DNA of 64,000 nt from Candidatus Latescibacterota bacterium (GCA_965261395.1 OZ253462.1:1760001-1824000), one strand, 5' to 3'. Positions 28,676-39,187 are shown, counted from the stretch's first letter. Notes: a model not told the origin generated them from the sequence alone. A program made the numbers and translations.

Positions 28676-28752
28676 GGATTCGCGTACACGAAAAAGGCGA
28701 TACGATCGCCCTCGGGAGGACGTCCTATCACCTCTTTGCACGGAGTGAATAG

Positions 28753-29010
28753 CTAGGCTTGCGCGCTTGTGCCGTAGCGGCGATTGAACTGGTCGATGCG
28801 CCCGCCTCGATCCATGATCTGCTGGCGCTTGCCCGTGTAAAAAGGATGCGACGCCGAGCTGATTTCGACCCGAATCACCGGATAGGAATTCCCGTCTTCC
28901 CACTCCATCGTCTCTTCGGACTTCATCGTCGAACGCGACAGTACCTTATAGTCACAGCTAGTGTCGAGAAAGATAACCGTTTGGTACGGGGGATGCATGT
29001 CTTTTTGCAC
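28753..29010 (-). CDS. rpmE2: 50S ribosomal protein L31 type B (Zn-free)
   Basis: K.MHP.Y..V.F.D, WEDG..YP and [10 protein letters not shown] motifs; no CxxC pairs. Confidence 0.93.
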   Translation of the reverse strand: MQKDMHPPYQTVIFLDTSCDYKVLSRSTMKSEETMEWEDGNSYPVIRVEISSASHPFYTGKRQQIMDRGGRIDQFNRRYGTSAQA

Positions 29011-29095
29011 CTTTACACTCCTCTGTTTCCTTGGCGGTGAAACTCGGCTACCGAGTTAATAAAAATAGAAGCTTGAAGCTCAAAAAACAAGGCGA

Positions 29096-30370
29096 CTAGT
29101 CGTTCATGGCCTTGAGGAATTCCTCGTTGGATTCCGTACCCTGCATGCGCTCTTGGAGGAACTCCATCCCCTCAGTGACTCCCATCTGATTGAGTATGCG
29201 GCGCAGTACCCACGAGCGGTTCAATTCAAACTCCGTGAGCAGTAGCTCTTCTTTGCGGGTGCTCGTCGCCGTCACGTCAACGGCCGGATAGACGCGGCGG
29301 TTGCTCAGCCGGCGGTCTAGCTGCACCTGCATATTGCCCGTGCCTTTGAACTCTTCAAAGATCACTTCGTCCATGCGACTCCCGGTCTCGACCAAGGCCG
29401 TGGCGATAATCGTCAGGCTGCCGCCTTCTTCGGGATTGCGAGCGGCGGCGAAAAAGCGGCGCGGCCACTGCAAAGCCGTCGAGTCAACGCCGCCGGTGAG
29501 AATCCGGCCCGAATGCGGCGTCACCGTATTGTAGGCCCGCGCCAAACGCGTGATGCTATCGAGCAGGACGACCACATCCCGCTTGTGCTCGACTAGACGC
29601 CGAGCCTTCTCGATCACCATATCCGCCACCTGCACATGCCGCGTAGCCGACTCATCAAAGGTCGAACTGACGACTTCGCCCTGGACCGAACGCAGCATAT
29701 CGGTGACTTCTTCGGGGCGCTCGTCGATGAGCAAGACGATGAGAATCGCTTCAGGGTGATTGGTGGTAATGGCGTTGGCGACCTTTTGCAGTAGCATGGT
29801 TTTGCCGGTGAAGGGCGGCGCGACGATTAGGCCGCGCTGCCCCTTGCCGATGGGCGAGAGCAAGTCGAGAATCCGCGTCGTCATGTCCTTGGGATTGTGC
29901 TCTAACTTGAAGCGATCCGTGGGATGCAAGGCCGTCAGGTTCTCGAAGATCGTCTTGCTCTTGGTGACTTCTGGATCGTCAAAGTTGATCGCCTCGACTC
30001 GCAGCAGCGCAAAGTACTTCTCGTCGTTTTTCGGCGGGCGGATCTGACCGGAGATCGTGTCGCCCGTGCGCAGACTGAATCGCTTAATCTGCGAGTGGGA
30101 AACGTAAATGTCGTCGGGGCCAGGCAAGTAGTTGTAGCTCGGCGAGCGGAGAAAGCCAAATCCCTCTTCCAGCACCTCCAAAGTGCCTTGGGCAAAGATC
30201 AGCCCACTGCGCTCGGTCTGGTGCTTGAGGATGGAGAAAATCAGCTCCTGCTTGCGCAGAGAAATGCAATCTACAACTTCCAATTTCTTGGCCAGCTCTT
30301 GGAGATCCAAGATGTTCATGCGCTGGAGTTCGACGATATTCATCTTCTGCGTTCTATTGATAGGCGGCAT
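29096..30370 (-). CDS. rho: Transcription termination factor Rho
   Basis: [25 protein letters not shown] and FEEFKGTGN motifs. Confidence 0.98.
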   Translation of the reverse strand: MPPINRTQKMNIVELQRMNILDLQELAKKLEVVDCISLRKQELIFSILKHQTERSGLIFAQGTLEVLEEGFGFLRSPSYNYLPGPDDIYVSHSQIKRFSLRTGDTISGQIRPPKNDEKYFALLRVEAINFDDPEVTKSKTIFENLTALHPTDRFKLEHNPKDMTTRILDLLSPIGKGQRGLIVAPPFTGKTMLLQKVANAITTNHPEAILIVLLIDERPEEVTDMLRSVQGEVVSSTFDESATRHVQVADMVIEKARRLVEHKRDVVVLLDSITRLARAYNTVTPHSGRILTGGVDSTALQWPRRFFAAARNPEEGGSLTIIATALVETGSRMDEVIFEEFKGTGNMQVQLDRRLSNRRVYPAVDVTATSTRKEELLLTEFELNRSWVLRRILNQMGVTEGMEFLQERMQGTESNEEFLKAMND

Positions 30371-30652
30371 CTCTTCCTTGCGACCTTTCTTGCGGTTAAA
30401 GTGCAGGGACTCGAAGCGGATATTAGGTGCGGTGCGGCACTAGAAGCACCTAGGGCTATTGCGAGGTATTGGATTGTTAAAAGCGGTAGTACCGCTAAGA
30501 CACTAAAACCTAGGGTAGGCCGCACCTTGGCAAAGTTCTTTAATCGCTACAGGAGGTCTATCGCGAAGAATATCTAAAGGGAGAGTGGAATTTCAAGCGG
30601 AATAAACCGCCGAGGTATTTGCTTTGAATAGGAGAGGTGCGAAAGAGATTAA

Positions 30653-30681
30653 AGAATACAGATAACTTCTTTGTTTGTCAA
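30653..30681 (-). promoter_or_regulatory. rho promoter (TTGACA-17-TATTCT)
   Basis: Direct match, immediately after the upstream terminator. Confidence 0.65.
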
Positions 30682-30691
30682 GGAGTACTAC

Positions 30692-30730
30692 AAAAAAAGA
30701 GGACGCTCACTCGTCGAGTGGGCGTCCTCT
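30692..30730 (-). terminator. Intrinsic terminator
   Basis: AGAGGACGCCCACTC-loop-GAGTGAGCGTCCTCT followed by a T run. Confidence 0.8.
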
Positions 30731-30746
30731 GCAGCTTGGCGTGCCT

Positions 30747-31430
30747 TTATTGATCGACACCGACGGTCATCGCCGTCCGAGCTACATCTTCATTGGAAGC
30801 AAAAGGTGCGACAACGCCAGATTCGTTGTCTCCGTCAAAGGCCCTCACGTCATAGGCATAGGAGGCTCCACTGACGACATCACTGTCGACGAATTCGGAG
30901 ACACCCGGCCCCAGCGTAGTGATCAACCTTTCACTGCCCTGTTCCTGAGTTACGGCCTTGCCGAAATCATCGGCGAAACGAAGAAAATCATCGACATCAA
31001 TTTGGCCATTGGGCACTATATCGAAGAACAAGGCAAAATCCGCATCGGCGTTAGAAGAGCCGAAGCGATCGGCTAAGAGGAAGAAGTCGTCGAAGTCAAC
31101 TCTGTCCCCCTCGCGCGTAAACCAGCCGAGCACTACCTCGCCGCTATCGTCCACGGGCGGGAAGAAATCCGTCCGGTACACGCGATAGCCGTGTACATCG
31201 CCCGTGGGGACCACCTGGTCACCAAAGGTCGTGAACGAACGAGCGTCATCTGTTGATAGCGTCCAAGAGACCGATACGGATAGATCATCGCCGGATGTGA
31301 CTTGTAGGTTGGTCACAGGTGCAGGAGGAATATTATCGACGGAAGCTACGGGCCCAGAGGTAGCCAACTGAGCGGCCGCGGGAACAGCGCAAAACGCGGC
31401 TAGCGCGACGATGCGGATATACTCTCTCAT
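30747..31430 (-). CDS. Secreted FN3-like protein with an internal dockerin/EF-hand-like module
   Basis: Signal peptide; PPAPVTNL...VSWT; VDFDDFFLLADRFG and IDVDDFLRFADDFG; YAYDVRAFD. Confidence 0.7.
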   Translation of the reverse strand: MREYIRIVALAAFCAVPAAAQLATSGPVASVDNIPPAPVTNLQVTSGDDLSVSVSWTLSTDDARSFTTFGDQVVPTGDVHGYRVYRTDFFPPVDDSGEVVLGWFTREGDRVDFDDFFLLADRFGSSNADADFALFFDIVPNGQIDVDDFLRFADDFGKAVTQEQGSERLITTLGPGVSEFVDSDVVSGASYAYDVRAFDGDNESGVVAPFASNEDVARTAMTVGVDQ

Positions 31431-31484
31431 CGAACTATACTCCTTGTAAAAGGATGGAATACATAGCTAGCTTGAGGCCGGCAT

Positions 31485-32150
31485 CTAGTACAAATCGGCA
31501 CCTAGGTTGTCGGCCCAAAGGAAAAAGTCCTCGAGGTCAACCACGCCGTTGCCGTCGATATCTGTGGCAGAATTGAATTCGGCTTGGCCAAAGTTGGCTT
31601 GGAAAATGCCATAGTCTAAAAGGTCCACATCGCCATCGTAGTCAAAGTCGCCGAGGAGCAACATGTTCTTGACTTCAGCGGATTCGATGGGAGCGCTCTC
31701 GTTGCCGCTAGGATCGACGACCGAGACCATGTAGAAATACCGCCTGCTCCCCGCGCTCACGTTGATCGAGGCATCAATTAAGGACGTCACGCCGGCACCA
31801 ACGGTGCCGACTATTGCCAAGTTGCCGTCAGAGTCATCGGCGAGACGACGCCATATATTGTAACCAGCGACATCGTTGACGTTGGCAAAGGTGCCGCCCG
31901 TCGTAAAGTCGCTACTCGTCGGAGTCTGGCGCGTGCCGTCGTCGCCAGACAAGGTCCAAGAGATAGTGACACTCCTTCCGCCTTCGTTGAACCCAGCCTG
32001 TACTTCGCCGACAGGACTGGGTGCAAGATCGTCTGTATCCACCACAGCCCCAGAGACCGACAACTGCGCTGCCGCCGGACTCGCACACAGAAAAACGCCG
32101 AGTCCCAACAAGGCCAAACTCGCGATAGCTCCCTTTATGCCTTTCGACAT
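31485..32150 (-). CDS. Secreted FN3-like protein with a C-terminal dockerin/EF-hand-like module
   Basis: RBS GAGGAGG; signal peptide; GYNIWRR...YMVSVVD.SGNES; GDFDYDGDVD..D and DIDGNGVVD..DFFLWAD. Confidence 0.75.
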   Translation of the reverse strand: MSKGIKGAIASLALLGLGVFLCASPAAAQLSVSGAVVDTDDLAPSPVGEVQAGFNEGGRSVTISWTLSGDDGTRQTPTSSDFTTGGTFANVNDVAGYNIWRRLADDSDGNLAIVGTVGAGVTSLIDASINVSAGSRRYFYMVSVVDPSGNESAPIESAEVKNMLLLGDFDYDGDVDLLDYGIFQANFGQAEFNSATDIDGNGVVDLEDFFLWADNLGADLY

Positions 32151-32374
32151 ATCTGATCTCCTCCTCTTAATGCTCAATGGGTCAAATTCTGATTTGGCCC
32201 CAGCATAGGCCATGAATAAACGTTTAATTTATCAATAATACCAACAGTTCGCTACAAACTCAAGGAATTAACGCAAATTAGCGACGCTAATTGCACTTTC
32301 TTGACCCGGTTAATGGGCTGCCATATTTTACGTCAAAGACGCTGGTAATATAGAGAAAAAGGGCCCTGTTAGCA

Positions 32375-34210
32375 ATGCCGCGCATCCCCGAAGACATCCT
32401 CCAACGCATCCGCGACGCCACCGACATCGTCGACTTGGTCTCTGAACACGTCCAACTCGTCAAAAAGGGCCACAATTACTCCGGTCTCTGCCCCTTCCAC
32501 GACGAAAAAACCCCCTCTTTCAGCGTTGATCCCGACCGCCAATTCTACCACTGCTTCGGCTGTGGCGTTGGGGGCAATGTATTCAAATTCATCCAAGAGA
32601 TCGACCGCGTCACTTTTGTCGAAGCGGCCAAATTCCTCGCCGAGCGTACCGGCATCGCCCTGCCCGAGCGTTCGGGGCTATCGCGCGAGGAGGACGTAGC
32701 AGCCGACGAACTCTACCGGGCCAACGACCTAGCGCGAAAGTACTTTCACCATCTGTTGCTTAACGACGATGTCGGCGCTAGTGCCCGCACGTATCTACAG
32801 ACCCGCCGCCTCTCAGGCGAAACCATCGAGCGCTTCGGCTTGGGCTATGCGCCGCCGGAGTGGGACGCTTTGCTCAAAGTGGCCGGTCGCCGAGGCTTGA
32901 ATCCCCAGGTCTTGGAGCGGGCGGGGTTGGCTCTGCCGCGCTCCACAGACAGCGGCCACTACGACCGCTTTCGCGACCGAGTCACTTTTCCCATTGCCAA
33001 TCTCTCCAATCGGACCATCGCCTTTGGTGCCCGCGCCCTCCAGCCCGACCAAGAGCCTAAATACTTGAACTCGCCCGAGACGCCCATCTATCACAAGGGC
33101 CGAGTGCTCTATGGCCTGTCCGACACCCGTGACGCTATTCGTCGCCAAGATGCTGTACTAGTAGTCGAAGGCTACATGGACCTCATCAGCCTAGCGCAGG
33201 CCGGCATCCAGCACGTGGTCGCCACCTCGGGCACGGCCCTGACCGAAGACCAGTGCCTCACTCTCGCCCGCTATGCCCGCCAAGTCGTGCTACTGTTCGA
33301 CGGTGATGCGGCCGGTTCCACGGCTGCCATGCGTGGCCTAGCAGTACTCTTGGGCACCGGCCTACCTAGCCTAGCGGTATTTTTGAGCAAAGGCCTAGAC
33401 GTCCGCTTCATTTCGCTGCCCGCTGGGCACGACCCCGACAGTTTCGTGCAAAAACACGGCCCAGATGCGCTGCTCAACCAGGCCGAAGAAGCCCAGTCGG
33501 TCCTCAATTTCTACCTCGAACAACTCGCCCAGCAGCACGACCTCTCCAGCGTCGAGGGCAGGAGCCGCGCAATAGAAACGTTCAAACCGCTCATCGCCAA
33601 GTTGAACAAACCCGAAGATCTAATCTTCCGCGATCTGCTGCTGAGAGAAGTCTCCCAGCGCCTTCCGGTTGACGAACAATTCCTGCGCGATAAGCTGCAA
33701 GCCTCAATGCGCCGTCCTCACCCATCGCGCAAGGCACTGGCCGAGCCGCCTCCAACGGATGTACCCGACCTGCCGCGTCACGAGCTCGAATTCATCGGCT
33801 TGTTGATCAAATTCCCGCAGTTTATACCTCAAACCGTCCGGGGATTCGCTCCTGACTTGCTAAGCGACGACCGCACTCAGGCCCTGTGTCGCACGCTCTT
33901 TGACCGCCATGCCCAAGGCAAAGCCATCGATCTTGGAATGATCATCAGCGGGCTAGAGGACGACGCACTCGCACGCCTAGCCGCCCAATGCGCGGCCCAA
34001 GGTTCCGACGAGGAACAAGTCGAGCGGCAATGGCGCGACTATTTGCTTTACTTTCAGAAAAATGCGCTGGACAAGCTCATCACCAACGCGCGTCAAGCCC
34101 TCGCCGAGGCATCCAACGCATCCGACGACAGCGAAATTGCGCGTATCAGCGCCGAACTTGTAGCGCTCAATCAAGAGCGTCAAGCGGTCGCTGCCCAACA
34201 AAGCTCTTGA
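32375..34210 (+). CDS. dnaG: DNA primase
   Basis: CPFH...CFGC zinc finger, KYLNSPET, EGYMD and FDGD.AG (TOPRIM). Confidence 0.97.
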   Translation: MPRIPEDILQRIRDATDIVDLVSEHVQLVKKGHNYSGLCPFHDEKTPSFSVDPDRQFYHCFGCGVGGNVFKFIQEIDRVTFVEAAKFLAERTGIALPERSGLSREEDVAADELYRANDLARKYFHHLLLNDDVGASARTYLQTRRLSGETIERFGLGYAPPEWDALLKVAGRRGLNPQVLERAGLALPRSTDSGHYDRFRDRVTFPIANLSNRTIAFGARALQPDQEPKYLNSPETPIYHKGRVLYGLSDTRDAIRRQDAVLVVEGYMDLISLAQAGIQHVVATSGTALTEDQCLTLARYARQVVLLFDGDAAGSTAAMRGLAVLLGTGLPSLAVFLSKGLDVRFISLPAGHDPDSFVQKHGPDALLNQAEEAQSVLNFYLEQLAQQHDLSSVEGRSRAIETFKPLIAKLNKPEDLIFRDLLLREVSQRLPVDEQFLRDKLQASMRRPHPSRKALAEPPPTDVPDLPRHELEFIGLLIKFPQFIPQTVRGFAPDLLSDDRTQALCRTLFDRHAQGKAIDLGMIISGLEDDALARLAAQCAAQGSDEEQVERQWRDYLLYFQKNALDKLITNARQALAEASNASDDSEIARISAELVALNQERQAVAAQQSS

Positions 34211-34250
34211 CCTACTTGGGAAAAATCCTAGGTTTTTAGCTAACCTTAAT

Positions 34251-34327
<77 letters not shown>

Positions 34328-34391
34328 TTACTTTTGCGATATGCGCGGTTACGAGGATTGGGGCAGCCAATTTTTGTAGCCGTTTTTTATT

Positions 34392-36587
34392 ATGCAGAGC
34401 GTTATAGCCATCCTTCTATGGGCCACAGCCGTCTTGGGGCAGGTGGACGCCGGCGTCGATCGCGGGGATTCGCGTTTTATGGCGACGGTGCTGGCGCGCC
34501 TTGCCCAGCGGGCCGATCCCATTGCCAACATATATCTGAACCAAGCCCGCGCGGAGGGCCTTAGTTCTCTGCTGAGGCAACCGATGAGCGCGGGCAAGCG
34601 GCTGAATATGCGCCTGCGGATTGCCCAAGAGCGGGTGCGGGCCGGAGATTTGCGCTCAGGTATCGAAGAGATGCAAGACATTCTAGCTGCCGTAGAGGCC
34701 GGGCAGGTACCGGCGACCGAGGGCTTCGTCTATGGGCTGCACGACCAGCTCGCCATCGCCTATCTGCGCCTCGGGGAGCAGGAGAACTGTCTGCGTAACC
34801 ACACCACGAATTCCTGCTTGATCCCGATCCGCGACGACGGCGTCCATCGCTTACAGGAAGGCTCCCGCCGCGCCATCGAGCACTACACCATAAACCTGGA
34901 CAAGCGCCCAAGCGATCTGGGAACGCGCTGGCTGCTGAACTTGGCGTACATGACCTTAGGCGAATACCCGGAAGGGGTGCCAGACCCCTGGCGCATTCCC
35001 CCGCGTGTATTCGACGGCCACAGCGGTGGGATCCAGCGCTTCCGCGACGTGGCACCGGCGGCTGGAGTCGCGGCTGTGGGCCTAGCAGGCGGCAGCGCGG
35101 TCGAGGACTTCGACGGCGACGGTCTGCTGGATATCGCAGTCTCCTCGTGGGGGCTGCGCGATCCCCTACGCTACTTCCACAACGAGGGCGACGGCACCTT
35201 TATCGAGGCCACGACAGCGGCCGGGCTAAGCGGGCAAATCGGGGGGATCAACCTAGAGCAGGCCGACTACGACAACGACGGCGATGTCGATCTGCTCGTT
35301 TTGCGCGGTGCCTGGATGGGGGAAGAGGGCCGCATGCCCAACTCCTTGTTGCGCAACAACGGCGACGGCACCTTTGCGGACGTGACGCGGCAGGCAGGCT
35401 TGTTCACCTTGCACCCGACCCACGCAGCGGCCTTTGCCGACTACGATAACGACGGCTGGTTGGATCTGTTCGTCGGCAACGAATCCGGCAAGCGGCCCCA
35501 CCCATGCCAGTTGTTTCGCAACCAAGGGGACGGCCGTTTTGTCGATGTAGCCCCCGCGGTCGGCGTCAATCACGTGGGCTTTATAAAGGGGGTTGCCTGG
35601 GGCGATATAGACAACGACGGTTTGATCGACCTGTATGTATCTCAGTTCTACCGCGAAAACGTCCTCTACCGCAACCTCGGCGACGCGCCGGAGGGCTGGC
35701 GCTTTGCGGCAACGGTCGTCGCGCCGGGGCCGACTGAGAGCTTTCCCACTTGGTTTTGGGACTACGACAACGACGGCTGGCTCGATTTGTTTACCGGCGG
35801 CTACAACATGGACGACCTCGGCGATATGGCGCGCGCGTACCTCGGCGAGGAATTTGCCGCCGACCGCGCACGCGTGTACCGCAACGACGGCGACGGAACC
35901 TTCACCGAGGTCACCGAATCGCTGGGGGGCTTTGGGCAAGTCATCCTAGCTATGGGTGCCAACTACGGCGACTTGGACAACGACGGGTTCCCCGACTGCT
36001 ACGTGGGCACCGGGATTCCCGATCTGCGCTCGCTCACGCCCAATCGCATGCTGCGCAACGACGGTGGCGCTCGGTTTTTGGACGTCACCACAACAGGCGG
36101 TTTCGGCAACGTGCAGAAAGGACACGGCGTGTCCTTTGCAGACTTCGACAACGATGGAGACCAAGACGTCTTCGAGGTCATGGGCGGCGCCTTTGAAGGC
36201 GACCTCTACCAGAACGTACTCTACGAAAATCCCGGGCACGGCAATCGGTGGCTGCGGCTGTTTCCCCAAGGCGTGCAGTCGAACCGAGGTGCTATTGGCG
36301 GCCGCGTGCGCGTGCGCGTGCGGCGACCGGACGGCAGCACTCGCGACATCCACCACCTCATCGGCTCGGGCGGCAGCTTTGGGGCCAACCCACTCGCACC
36401 GCAACTCGGGCTGGGGGACGCTGTGGCATTGGAGTTTGTAGAAATCACCTGGCCGGCGACTCATCAGACGCAGCGCTGGCAGGAGCTGAAGCTCGACCGA
36501 GCGTATCGCCTGCGCGAGGGCCACCAGTCGGCGACTGAAGTAACCCTGCCGAAATTCCACTTTGCCACCAGGCACAACGGACATTGA
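34392..36587 (+). CDS. CRTAC1-family FG-GAP/VCBS repeat protein with ASPIC/UnbV C-terminus
   Basis: Repeated D(Y/F)DNDG..DL and RN.GDGTF motifs; C-terminal SNRGAIG.RV...GLG...I.WP. Confidence 0.9.
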   Translation: MQSVIAILLWATAVLGQVDAGVDRGDSRFMATVLARLAQRADPIANIYLNQARAEGLSSLLRQPMSAGKRLNMRLRIAQERVRAGDLRSGIEEMQDILAAVEAGQVPATEGFVYGLHDQLAIAYLRLGEQENCLRNHTTNSCLIPIRDDGVHRLQEGSRRAIEHYTINLDKRPSDLGTRWLLNLAYMTLGEYPEGVPDPWRIPPRVFDGHSGGIQRFRDVAPAAGVAAVGLAGGSAVEDFDGDGLLDIAVSSWGLRDPLRYFHNEGDGTFIEATTAAGLSGQIGGINLEQADYDNDGDVDLLVLRGAWMGEEGRMPNSLLRNNGDGTFADVTRQAGLFTLHPTHAAAFADYDNDGWLDLFVGNESGKRPHPCQLFRNQGDGRFVDVAPAVGVNHVGFIKGVAWGDIDNDGLIDLYVSQFYRENVLYRNLGDAPEGWRFAATVVAPGPTESFPTWFWDYDNDGWLDLFTGGYNMDDLGDMARAYLGEEFAADRARVYRNDGDGTFTEVTESLGGFGQVILAMGANYGDLDNDGFPDCYVGTGIPDLRSLTPNRMLRNDGGARFLDVTTTGGFGNVQKGHGVSFADFDNDGDQDVFEVMGGAFEGDLYQNVLYENPGHGNRWLRLFPQGVQSNRGAIGGRVRVRVRRPDGSTRDIHHLIGSGGSFGANPLAPQLGLGDAVALEFVEITWPATHQTQRWQELKLDRAYRLREGHQSATEVTLPKFHFATRHNGH

Positions 36588-36625
36588 CTCAGTAGCCATG
36601 GGAGGCTAATTTAAAAAATGCTCTT

Positions 36626-36702
36626 GGGCGATTAGCTCAGTTGGTTAGAGCGCCGGTCTCACATACCGGAGGTCCGCAGTTCAAATCTGCGATTGCCCAC
36701 CA
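36626..36702 (+). tRNA. tRNA-Val (CAC)
   Basis: Cloverleaf with anticodon arm CCGGT-CT CAC AT-ACCGG, T-loop TTCAAAT and CCA end; promoter TTGACT-17-TAATTT at 36584-36612. Confidence 0.93.
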
Positions 36703-36708
36703 TCCGCA

Positions 36709-36757
36709 AAGGCCGTGCGAAGCGCATCTTTGCTTCCACGGCCTTTTTCTTTTTTTT
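36709..36757 (+). terminator. Intrinsic terminator after tRNA-Val
   Basis: AAGGCCGTG.GAAGC...GCTTCCACGGCCTT followed by a long T tract. Confidence 0.7.
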
Positions 36758-36760
36758 GCT

Positions 36761-36794
36761 AAAAAAGGCACCTACCCGCAAGTAGGTGCCTTTT
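36761..36794. terminator. Bidirectional intrinsic terminator
   Basis: AAAAAAGGCACCTAC-loop-GTAGGTGCCTTTT between convergent units. Confidence 0.85.
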
Positions 36795-36809
36795 GTTCTG
36801 CAATCCGCA

Positions 36810-37484
36810 CTATGGGTATAGACGCTCTTTTACTAAGGCCCAAGGCGTCGGTAAAATGTTCGTTCCCATGACGCGCTCGGGCGCTTCACCCCCGTCCAAA
36901 AGCAGGTAGGAGGGAATGGATCCCGGCGTGCCCAACTCGCTGGCGCCCGCATCCCAGCCGCTTTGTTCGGTCGCCGTCGCCCAGCTTTCGGGCTGGTCGC
37001 CGGGCTGATCCAAGGCAATGCGCACCATGGCGCTTTTGTTGGCCGAATCGCCGGCGAAAGGAGCTCCGCGGCCATCGTCGGCCACGTCGATGAGCTGGCC
37101 TCCAGCTTGCGGGTCGCCGTCGTACAGATGTAAGAGCAGCTTGGTGTTGGGCAGCGAAACGGCTGCGTCAACGCGCTGAGGCTCGACGGCGAGGAGGGAT
37201 TTTTGGTGATCAGCGGCGTAGTTGGCGATGAGAAAGGTCTCTCCGGCGGGGATCGCAGCGGCCTCGAGGACGAGCATTACCTTGTCCTCGTCGCCGCTGC
37301 GGTAGGTCAAGGTCCAGCCGGCTAGATCAACCGTTGCCTCGCTGGAGTTGTAGAGTTCGATCCACTCGTCGGCAGTAGATGCCGTACTACCCGTCCACAT
37401 CAGTTCGGAGATGACGACCGGGCCGGCTTGGGCCGAGATAGGTGCGGCGAGAGCGAAAAATACAAAGGCGATAAAAGGGCGCAT
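36810..37484 (-). CDS. Secreted lamin-tail-domain protein
   Basis: Signal peptide; VVISELMW...DEWIELYN...VDLAGWTL; GTPG; RBS GGAGG. Confidence 0.85.
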   Translation of the reverse strand: MRPFIAFVFFALAAPISAQAGPVVISELMWTGSTASTADEWIELYNSSEATVDLAGWTLTYRSGDEDKVMLVLEAAAIPAGETFLIANYAADHQKSLLAVEPQRVDAAVSLPNTKLLLHLYDGDPQAGGQLIDVADDGRGAPFAGDSANKSAMVRIALDQPGDQPESWATATEQSGWDAGASELGTPGSIPSYLLLDGGEAPERVMGTNILPTPWALVKERLYP

Positions 37485-37529
37485 GGCAGCCTCCAGGTTG
37501 GGGTGAGATGGCAATTGCCATGCGTTTAA

Positions 37530-37545
37530 TGCAATATGCGTGCCT
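37530..37545 (-). promoter_or_regulatory. Sigma54 promoter (AGGCACG-N4-TTGCA) of the lamin-tail gene
   Basis: Good -24/-12 match with an AT-rich, IHF-like tract upstream. Confidence 0.65.
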
Positions 37546-37648
37546 ACGATTTTATTTTTTATAACATATTGTAAAACATATAAATATAAAATTCGCACTG
37601 CGCACCCTACCCGCGCTTAGCGCATCTGTTCGGCAACAGTTCTGACAC

Positions 37649-39076
37649 CTAGTCGATACAGGGCGCGCGGGCTGTGAGCGCTGCGCACAGCTTCTGTTGC
37701 AGGCCGCCGAAACCGCCATTGCTCATAAAAACCACCAAATCGCCCGGGCGGGCTTCCGCAGTCAAAAAAGCGACCATCGATTCGGTGTCGGGCAGATAGT
37801 GCGCCGGCTTGCCGGTAGCGCGGAGACGCTCCACTAAGCGCTCGGGCGAGAAAGGCTCGTCCTTTCGGGCGCGTTCGGGACGGGGGACCGGGGTTGCGAC
37901 GAACGCGTCGGCCAAGGCGAACGCCTCGACATAGCGGTCCTCAAAGATAGCGCGAGCGTTGGTCGCGCTGGCTGGCTCGAAAACCGCGACGAGCCTGCGG
38001 TCGGGATGGGATCGGCGCAGCCCCTCTAGGGTGTGGGCAACCGCGGTGGGATGATGGGCGAAGTCGTCGATGAGGAGAATGTCGTCGATGAGGCCAAGCT
38101 GCTCTTGTCGGCGCTTGACGCCGGCAAAGCTGGCCAAGGCCGCGTGCAGATCACCGGCCGTCAGGCCAGCGCGGAAACCAGCGGCCAAGCTGGCGAGAGC
38201 ATTGCAGACGTTGTAGTCGCCGCTCAGCGGCAGGTCGAAATCCCCCACCTCTTGCCCTGCCCGACACAAGGTGAAGCGCGTGCCCTCGGCACGGGCCTGG
38301 AGGTTGGTGGCGCGCCAAAATGCGCCTTCTTCGAGGCCAAAGGTCTCTACGGGTGCTAGCGCGTTGGGAAGCAGTTCGGCGATATTGGGATCGGTGCCGT
38401 AGGCTAGAATCAGGCCGTTTTGCGGCACCATGTTGACGAGTTGGCGGAAGGCTTTGACGATTTCGCCAAGGTCTTGGTAAATGTCGGCGTGGTCGAATTC
38501 GATGTTGTTGACGATTAGTACATCGGGCAAGTAGTAGAAGAATTTCGCCCACTTGGCAAAGAAGGCACTGTCGTATTCGTCGCCTTCGACGATGAAGTGA
38601 GTGCCTTGGCCGAGCCGGTAGGAGCGGTCGAAGTTTTGCGGCACCCCGGCAACGAGAAAGGAAGGGTCTAGGTCGCAAGCGGTGAAGAGGTGGGCGATGA
38701 GTGCGGTAGTGGTAGTCTTGCCGTGGGTTCCGGTTACTACCACCGAGCATTTGCCGCGGATGAAGAAATCGCGCAGCACTTCCGGTAGCGACAGGTACGG
38801 GATCCGGCGCGAGAGCACGGCCTCGGCCTCTGGGTTACCACGCGAGACTGCGTTGCCAATGACGACCAAATCCGGTGCTGGCACTAAGTGATCCGCCGAG
38901 AAGCCGGCCTGCACGTCGATCCCCAAATCCGCGAGCAGGGTGCTCATCGGAGGATAGACGTGGCTGTCCGACCCGGAGACGCGATACCCCCGCTCGCGCA
39001 ACATGCCGGCCAAAGACCCCATGGCCGTGCCACAAGCGCCAATCAAATGAATGTGGGAACCCAAGGGAAGCTGCAT
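37649..39076 (-). CDS. mpl: Murein peptide ligase
   Basis: G.CGTAMGSLA, YPPMS, GTHGKTTT, EGDEYDSAFF.K.AKF and DDFAHHPTA motifs. Confidence 0.92.
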   Translation of the reverse strand: MQLPLGSHIHLIGACGTAMGSLAGMLRERGYRVSGSDSHVYPPMSTLLADLGIDVQAGFSADHLVPAPDLVVIGNAVSRGNPEAEAVLSRRIPYLSLPEVLRDFFIRGKCSVVVTGTHGKTTTTALIAHLFTACDLDPSFLVAGVPQNFDRSYRLGQGTHFIVEGDEYDSAFFAKWAKFFYYLPDVLIVNNIEFDHADIYQDLGEIVKAFRQLVNMVPQNGLILAYGTDPNIAELLPNALAPVETFGLEEGAFWRATNLQARAEGTRFTLCRAGQEVGDFDLPLSGDYNVCNALASLAAGFRAGLTAGDLHAALASFAGVKRRQEQLGLIDDILLIDDFAHHPTAVAHTLEGLRRSHPDRRLVAVFEPASATNARAIFEDRYVEAFALADAFVATPVPRPERARKDEPFSPERLVERLRATGKPAHYLPDTESMVAFLTAEARPGDLVVFMSNGGFGGLQQKLCAALTARAPCID

Positions 39077-39187
39077 GTCCGTATATACCGTTGGGGGGAC
39101 GCAGGTGTCAAGAGAATCGAGCCGGTTTGTGTTCGGCAATCGGCGATTGTTTTATTGGTGGGACACTTGCTTGCAAGAGAGGAGACC

